The notes beneath the pieces were generated by a model that saw nothing but the letters and a program-made list of their open reading frames with translations, was not told where the DNA came from and did no database searches. From Candidatus Bathyarchaeota archaeon (lineage in GTDB: Archaea > Thermoproteota > Bathyarchaeia > 40CM-2-53-6), in NCBI GenBank assembly GCA_963733055.1, contig CAVTBR010000001.1, positions 160,001-224,000 of the forward strand: a stretch of DNA of 64,000 bases. Reading direction: 5' to 3'. The position numbers were made by a program, and so were the translations under genes. Below, in pieces: positions 59,231-64,000 of the stretch. Within the stretch, counting starts at the first letter, position 1; each line of letters starts with the position of its first letter.

Positions 59231-60452
59231 TCAACGCCAACGCCCCCAAGCCTCCCTAACAAATCTCCTACTCTCCTTTGGCAGAGAATAGACCGCAGTG
59301 GCACTGCGCCAGAATCGATGGCCCGGACGCAACGATCCTTTCCTTCAGCAAATCCTCCCAGGGCTCAAGCTCGTTCGCCATTAACTCGAGCAGCTCGTCG
59401 GCGTCCGGTTTAGCACCAAGGAAGGATTCTCGTTTCTCATGGTCTAGCACAATGTCCGCAGCTTCTTCGGCTATCCCGAGATTCTTAACCAGCCAATTCT
59501 TCAGCTCGGTGAGCTTTCCGAGGTCTCTTCCCCGCGAGAACAGAACGGCCAATTTGATTCTTGTCGGCAGTAGGTCCCAAGCATATTCTGCTTGATACTC
59601 CAAATCCAGATCGAGTCCTTTCTCCAAACTCCCTTCTGAGAAGATTAGTGGGAGAGGAGGAAGCGGTTCCATACTACCGTCGGGCAGGTCGACCTTCAAT
59701 CTATGATGGGGACATTTCGTCCGACACTCAGTCTCTGGCACCTGCCCGTTGAACCCAAGTTGTTTTGCCTTCCATACTTCCTTGATAACGGCCTGGGTTG
59801 GAACGTATTTCTCTTTCACAACCGAGAACGTGGCGAGCCTTGGGTATACGAGGATAGTTTCGGCGGCGCTTTTTATGAGTTGAGGGGCGAACTTTGGCGA
59901 GTCACCTTCGAGTCTCTCTCTAAGAACGTATACGCCGAACTTTTCGGCTATGCCGTTGTAGAACATTGCTTGAAATTTGTAGGCTGGAGTTGTTTTCGCG
60001 GAATCTTTCGCTTCCACGATTATGGGTGTGCCGTCGCGTTCTGTGAGGCCGATGAAATCTGGGCGCGCGGTTCCGGCAAGGTCAGGGTGCCGACCCTCCC
60101 CCCTACCAACTATTGTAACTGATTCGTAAGCGCCCTTCAGACTCTTGCGAATCTCATCCATACCCTCTACCGATTGAGCGGCGATTTGTGCAAGATACTC
60201 GTTAACCCTAATCTCAGGGATGGAATGCGCGATTTGCTTCAAAACTTCATGTTTCGGGACACCTTGAAGACTAAGTTTGACCGCAGCTTCACCGATCTTT
60301 CCTATGGTCGCGGGTTCGGATATTCTCCGGTCTTGAATTTCCTTTGCCTCACGGCTGATTCTGATCGCTCTGTAAGCCTTGATGGCCACGATCTTCGGGC
60401 ACCTACGGTGATCGTAGAGATCCTCTCGGGAGACGGTGAAGATTGAAGTCAA
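59231..60452 (-). CDS. Cas4/AddB-like PD-(D/E)XK nuclease; probable +1 frameshift near 59306-59310
   Basis: RCPK, IGE, RPDFI, IVEAK, QAMFY, ECRTKCP; alternative frame gives ATAVYSLPKESRRFVREAWGRWR-stop at 59231. Confidence 0.65.
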
Positions 60453-60523
60453 CGACTAGGTTCTAACTTCGTCCTCGACGGCTTAAGGATTGGAGGTTTG
60501 AACGTTTAATCGGCCCGTCTCCT

Positions 60524-60997
60524 CTACTCGCGTGGGTAGATTCGCTTACCCGTCTTCCTATCCACAATAGTGATCGCTTGAGTGGGACAGGACTGCGCGG
60601 CCATGACGAGGTTGTCGAAGTCCTTACCCCCAGCCTCATCGAGAACATCCAGCTTGGCTCTACTCTGGAACACTCCCTTACCAGGCCGCTCATCGAGTCG
60701 AAAAACGTCCGGCGAAACTATCACGCAACTACCAAAACCGAGGCATTTGTCAGGGTCAACATTAACCTTCAGCTCACCTTCCCCAGCCTCAGCCTCCGCC
60801 TGACGCTCCGAAGGCATCTTTACGCCCAAACCGTCGAAAATCCGAACCAACGCGTTATTGACGCCAATTTTCACAATCTTACCATCCTTCGCGAATGAAA
60901 CCGTAACGTCCTCATCCACAACCTTGGACGAGGTGTCCTTGTCGTCTTGAATAATTAGCTGCAGTTGGTCCGTTTTCTTATTGTATATCATTCTCAT
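60524..60997 (-). CDS. Ferredoxin (probable 3Fe-4S) fused to an N-terminal DUF2283-like domain
   Basis: MRMIYNKKTDQLQLI...DGKIVKIGV; VDPDKCLGFGSC...PDVF...SCPTQAI. Confidence 0.75.
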   Translation of the reverse strand: MRMIYNKKTDQLQLIIQDDKDTSSKVVDEDVTVSFAKDGKIVKIGVNNALVRIFDGLGVKMPSERQAEAEAGEGELKVNVDPDKCLGFGSCVIVSPDVFRLDERPGKGVFQSRAKLDVLDEAGGKDFDNLVMAAQSCPTQAITIVDRKTGKRIYPRE

Positions 60998-61118
60998 AAC
61001 AATGAACCTAGACCCATCGCTCCTTTCGAAGTAGTATGCCTTTCCCTATAAGGTCAGGGCTGACAAAAACAAGTTTTAGAGACATCCGCGCCACACTCAA
61101 ACGGATGGGCCTACTCAG

Positions 61119-62508
61119 TTGAGTGAAAATAGGAAGCTCAGAAGGGAACTCGAGCGCACGTTATCACCTGAACGAGTAATCGTTCATGAGAAGATCCCCG
61201 TCAAGTATCGCTTCGATGCGTTGAGACCTTACCGGCCATACCCCAAGCTCAGGAAGGGGGGGCTATGTCCCAGCAGTCCTCGTAAGGCCCGAGAACGATG
61301 CGGAAGTGACGGGTCTGATTCGAATTGCGCGACGATATCACACCCCAGTTGTAACTTACGGCAGCGGAACGGGGTTGATGGGTGCTGCCATAGCCTCCCA
61401 CGGGGGAATCATGGTTGACACTAGTAGAATGAATCGAATCGAGGAAACCTCTGGCGAGGATATGATGCTTCGTACGGAGGCGGGAGTTGTTCTTGAAGAG
61501 GCTTATGCCATGCTCGATCGAAATCAACTCTTGTTTGCGCATGACCCCTGGACGAGACCGATCGCCACAATTGGTGGGGCGATCTCGACGAACAGCCTTG
61601 GATACCTTGGCGCAAAATACGGAAGCATAGGGACCCAGTTACTTGGCATTGAAGCTGTGCTCCCGAGTGGGCAGTTACTCAAAACACGTTCCGCCCAATT
61701 CTCATCGACCGGTTTTGATTTGAGACGGCTGTTCATTGGCACGGAAGGGCTCTTTGGGGTCGTTACACGTGCTGTCGTGCGCGCTTTTCCGAAACCGCCG
61801 GCGAGGAAGTCGGTGAGCTATGGATTCTCCGATTTTGAAAAGGCCCATCGAGCCATTAACCTCATGCGTCGGAATGATGTCACACCCAGCATGATCGATT
61901 ACGGGGAAGAACCCGGTTCAAAGGAAGAGAGCCAGCTCAACCTAGCTTTTGATGGGCTTGAGAAGGAGGTCTCGGCTCAATCTGAGCAAGCCGAACGAAC
62001 GATATCGGAATGCGGAGGAAGTAAACTTGACGAGGCTGACGCCCACGAGTTCTGGGAACACCGTCACGACATCGCGCTAATGTATAGTCGCAGAATTTCC
62101 AACGCTGATCAAGAAGATGAGCCTCGAACGAAATATGATTACGTTCACGTCTCATTGCCAGCATCCAAGATCTTGGCCTTTCGCACATCACTGCTAAGCA
62201 TTGCTAGAGAGGGTGGGGTGAATGTTCTTGAGGTGGGTTTGTGGCAGGGCCCCGAACTCCTCTCCCTAGTTCTCTCTGCGCGAGCCGAAGACCCGAAGAT
62301 TGCTACAAGGAAACTGTGGCGCACATCAAATTCCATCATTCGGTACGCTCAGGATTTGGGTGGCGCTATGGAATTCTGCCACGGGGTTGGCATGAAGCTA
62401 GCCCATCTGATGGAGCGTGAACATGGAGTGGGGTTGGAGATTATGCGGCAACTGAAAAGAGCGGTTGACCCTCTTGGAATAATGAATCCCGGAAAGGCGT
62501 CGCTGTAA
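61119..62508 (+). CDS. FAD-binding oxidoreductase (GlcD/D-lactate dehydrogenase family); +1 frameshift in G7 61256-61262
   Basis: GSGTGLMG, ATIGGAISTN, GTEGLFGVVT, HGVG, DPLGIMNPGK. Confidence 0.88.
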
Positions 62509-62547
62509 CATTGCAATCAGAACCAGGATGGGCAAAGCCGCAAATAC

Positions 62548-63498
62548 TTGAGAGCCACCGCAATCCTGTGTGGCATAGGTGAGGTTTTGCCGAATAAGCG
62601 ATATGATGTCCTCGTTATTGGAGCCGGAATCATTGGACTTTCCTCTGCTTACCATATCAAAGAGAATCATCCAGACCTCTCGGTTTTAATCATCGACCGC
62701 GCCGCTGCCGCAGGGCAAGGAGACACTGCGAAGAGCAACGCCGCACTTCGCGACACTTTCACGTCAACCGTAAACCGAACACTCGCACGAAGCTCGATAG
62801 AGTTCTACAAACACGTACAATCGGAAATCGGTTTCAACCTAAACCTGGACTTGGTCGGGTACCTTTGGCTTCTGAGCGGGAAGCAAGTTCGAGAGTATGA
62901 ATCGGTTGAGGCTGAGATGCGGGAGCAAGGGACGCGGCTTCGGATCTTTGAAACGAATGAGCTCAGCGACCTGATCCCAGACCTCGTGTTGCAGCCTTCA
63001 TCAGAACAAAGCGGGCTCATGGGGTTAGAGAATGTTGAGAAGGGACTCTTAGGCGTGGACTGTGGCATCGTGGCCCCTGAACTGATCGTCAAGTTCTACG
63101 AAAGTGAGCTCACGAAGCTAGGCGCGGAATTTCAGTTCGGAACGGAAGCTAGAGGAATTCGGTTGGGGGCGAAGAAGGGCTTGGGTCTGCCCGGAGAACC
63201 ATTGGTCTGGCAGGATAAAGTCTTCAAGGAAGTCGACACGAACCACGGTCTAATTTCCGCAGACGTGATCGTTCTTTCTGCGGGAATAAGGAACCCACTC
63301 CTACTTGACGCAGTCGGCATAGATTGCCTGATTAAGCCCCGCAAGAACCAACTTTTCCAATTACGCGCGCCATCCCTTCAGCGGCTGCTTAAGACGAAGG
63401 GTTTCAACGAAGCCGCCCTGTTCGGAAACCGCGCCGTCTCAACCGCAAAATTGGGACTGATTGACCGCGCCGTTGAGAATGAGAAATTCGTAATCTAA
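62548..63498 (+). pseudogene. DAO/sarcosine oxidase beta-like FAD oxidoreductase, apparently internally deleted
   Basis: IGAGIIG, GDTAKS present; no substrate-domain second half or GxG closing motif; jumps from GFNE to a C-terminal-like LFG...RAVENEKFVI. Confidence 0.55.
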
Positions 63499-63556
63499 AC
63501 TGATAGCCAGTTCGGAAATACAGTTTAAGACAGGCGTGACTGAGCGTAAGGGCGGC

Positions 63557-63668
63557 GCCTCGGTGGCTCAGCCTGGTAGATTACCTGTACGGTAACTGGG
63601 AAGCGGCCGCCTCGTAACTAAGGCAAGATAGCGGCAGGTCGCGGGTTCAAACCCCGCCCGAGGCTCCA
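63557..63668 (+). tRNA. tRNA-Thr(CGT) with two introns: 63580-63601 (D arm) and 63617-63629 (37/38)
   Basis: Spliced 77-nt cloverleaf GCCTCGG TG GCTC AGCCTGGTA GAGC G GCCGC CTCGTAA GCGGC AGGTC GCGGG TTCAAAC CCCGC CCGAGGC T CCA. Confidence 0.9.
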
Positions 63669-64000
63669 CCATCCGTTTAACGAGCAAAATTTCAATGTGT
63701 TACTGTCGGTTGTAGAAGTTCATGTCGTTTTGGAGAACTGATTGTCGTTTTGCGGAATACTAAATGTCGTCGCAATTTGGAATATTAAATGTCGGAGTTT
63801 GATTCCGTCAGTGAATTGTCGCGTCCAATTGGAACAAGCGGCGGTCCAAGATTTTATAATCCGTGCCAATCCAAGAGTCGGGAATCTTGAGGGCTTTGTC
63901 AAGTCCTTGGTTGGTATTTTCACCTGTAAACTTCCGTTTGGTGCTGTGCGGGGGCTTGTGCTTGCACATTATAAGCCTGTAGAGGTAGCCGTCTCGGTCG

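Noticed and set aside
61256-61262. Phase variation or programmed frameshift at G7
   Set aside because: Short run in a window with many similar indels; sequencing error is simpler
63720-64000. ORF after tRNA-Thr as an integrase end
   Set aside because: No recognisable motif in any minus frame; truncated by the window edge

Overview
Archaeal chromosomal segment. Evidence: archaeal-type uL3, BHB-intron tRNAs, F420-type LLM enzymes and KaiC-like ATPases. A TACK/Bathyarchaeia-like host is inferred, not proven. Left to right: (1) a membrane-anchored copper nitrite reductase with a fused cupredoxin, followed by a ubiquitin-like (MoaD/ThiS-fold) protein that carries a twin-arginine signal peptide and a Met-rich patch; (2) about 40 kb of amine, amide and polyol uptake and catabolism genes (ECF transporter, three APC permeases, three class III aminotransferases, M24 peptidases, CocE hydrolase, DhaKL, FGGY kinase, class II aldolase, split transketolase, LLM oxidoreductases); (3) embedded in that stretch, a ThrC-like/Ubl pair and a four-gene cassette: KaiC-like-STAND-TPR protein, small secreted Cys peptide, tandem Lrp-type regulator and KaiC-like ATPase; (4) a 6.4 kb integrase-less island at the 3' end of a three-intron tRNA-Leu, bounded by a 19-bp direct repeat, holding PD-(D/E)XK and HEPN-like genes separated by degenerate tRNA 3'-end copies; (5) miscellaneous genes, a stand-alone rpl3 and a two-intron tRNA-Thr(CGT). 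Eight genes have single-base frameshifts that are most likely long-read assembly errors. No CRISPR array, rRNA, integrase or transposase was seen. All family calls come from motif recognition by eye; no database search was run.
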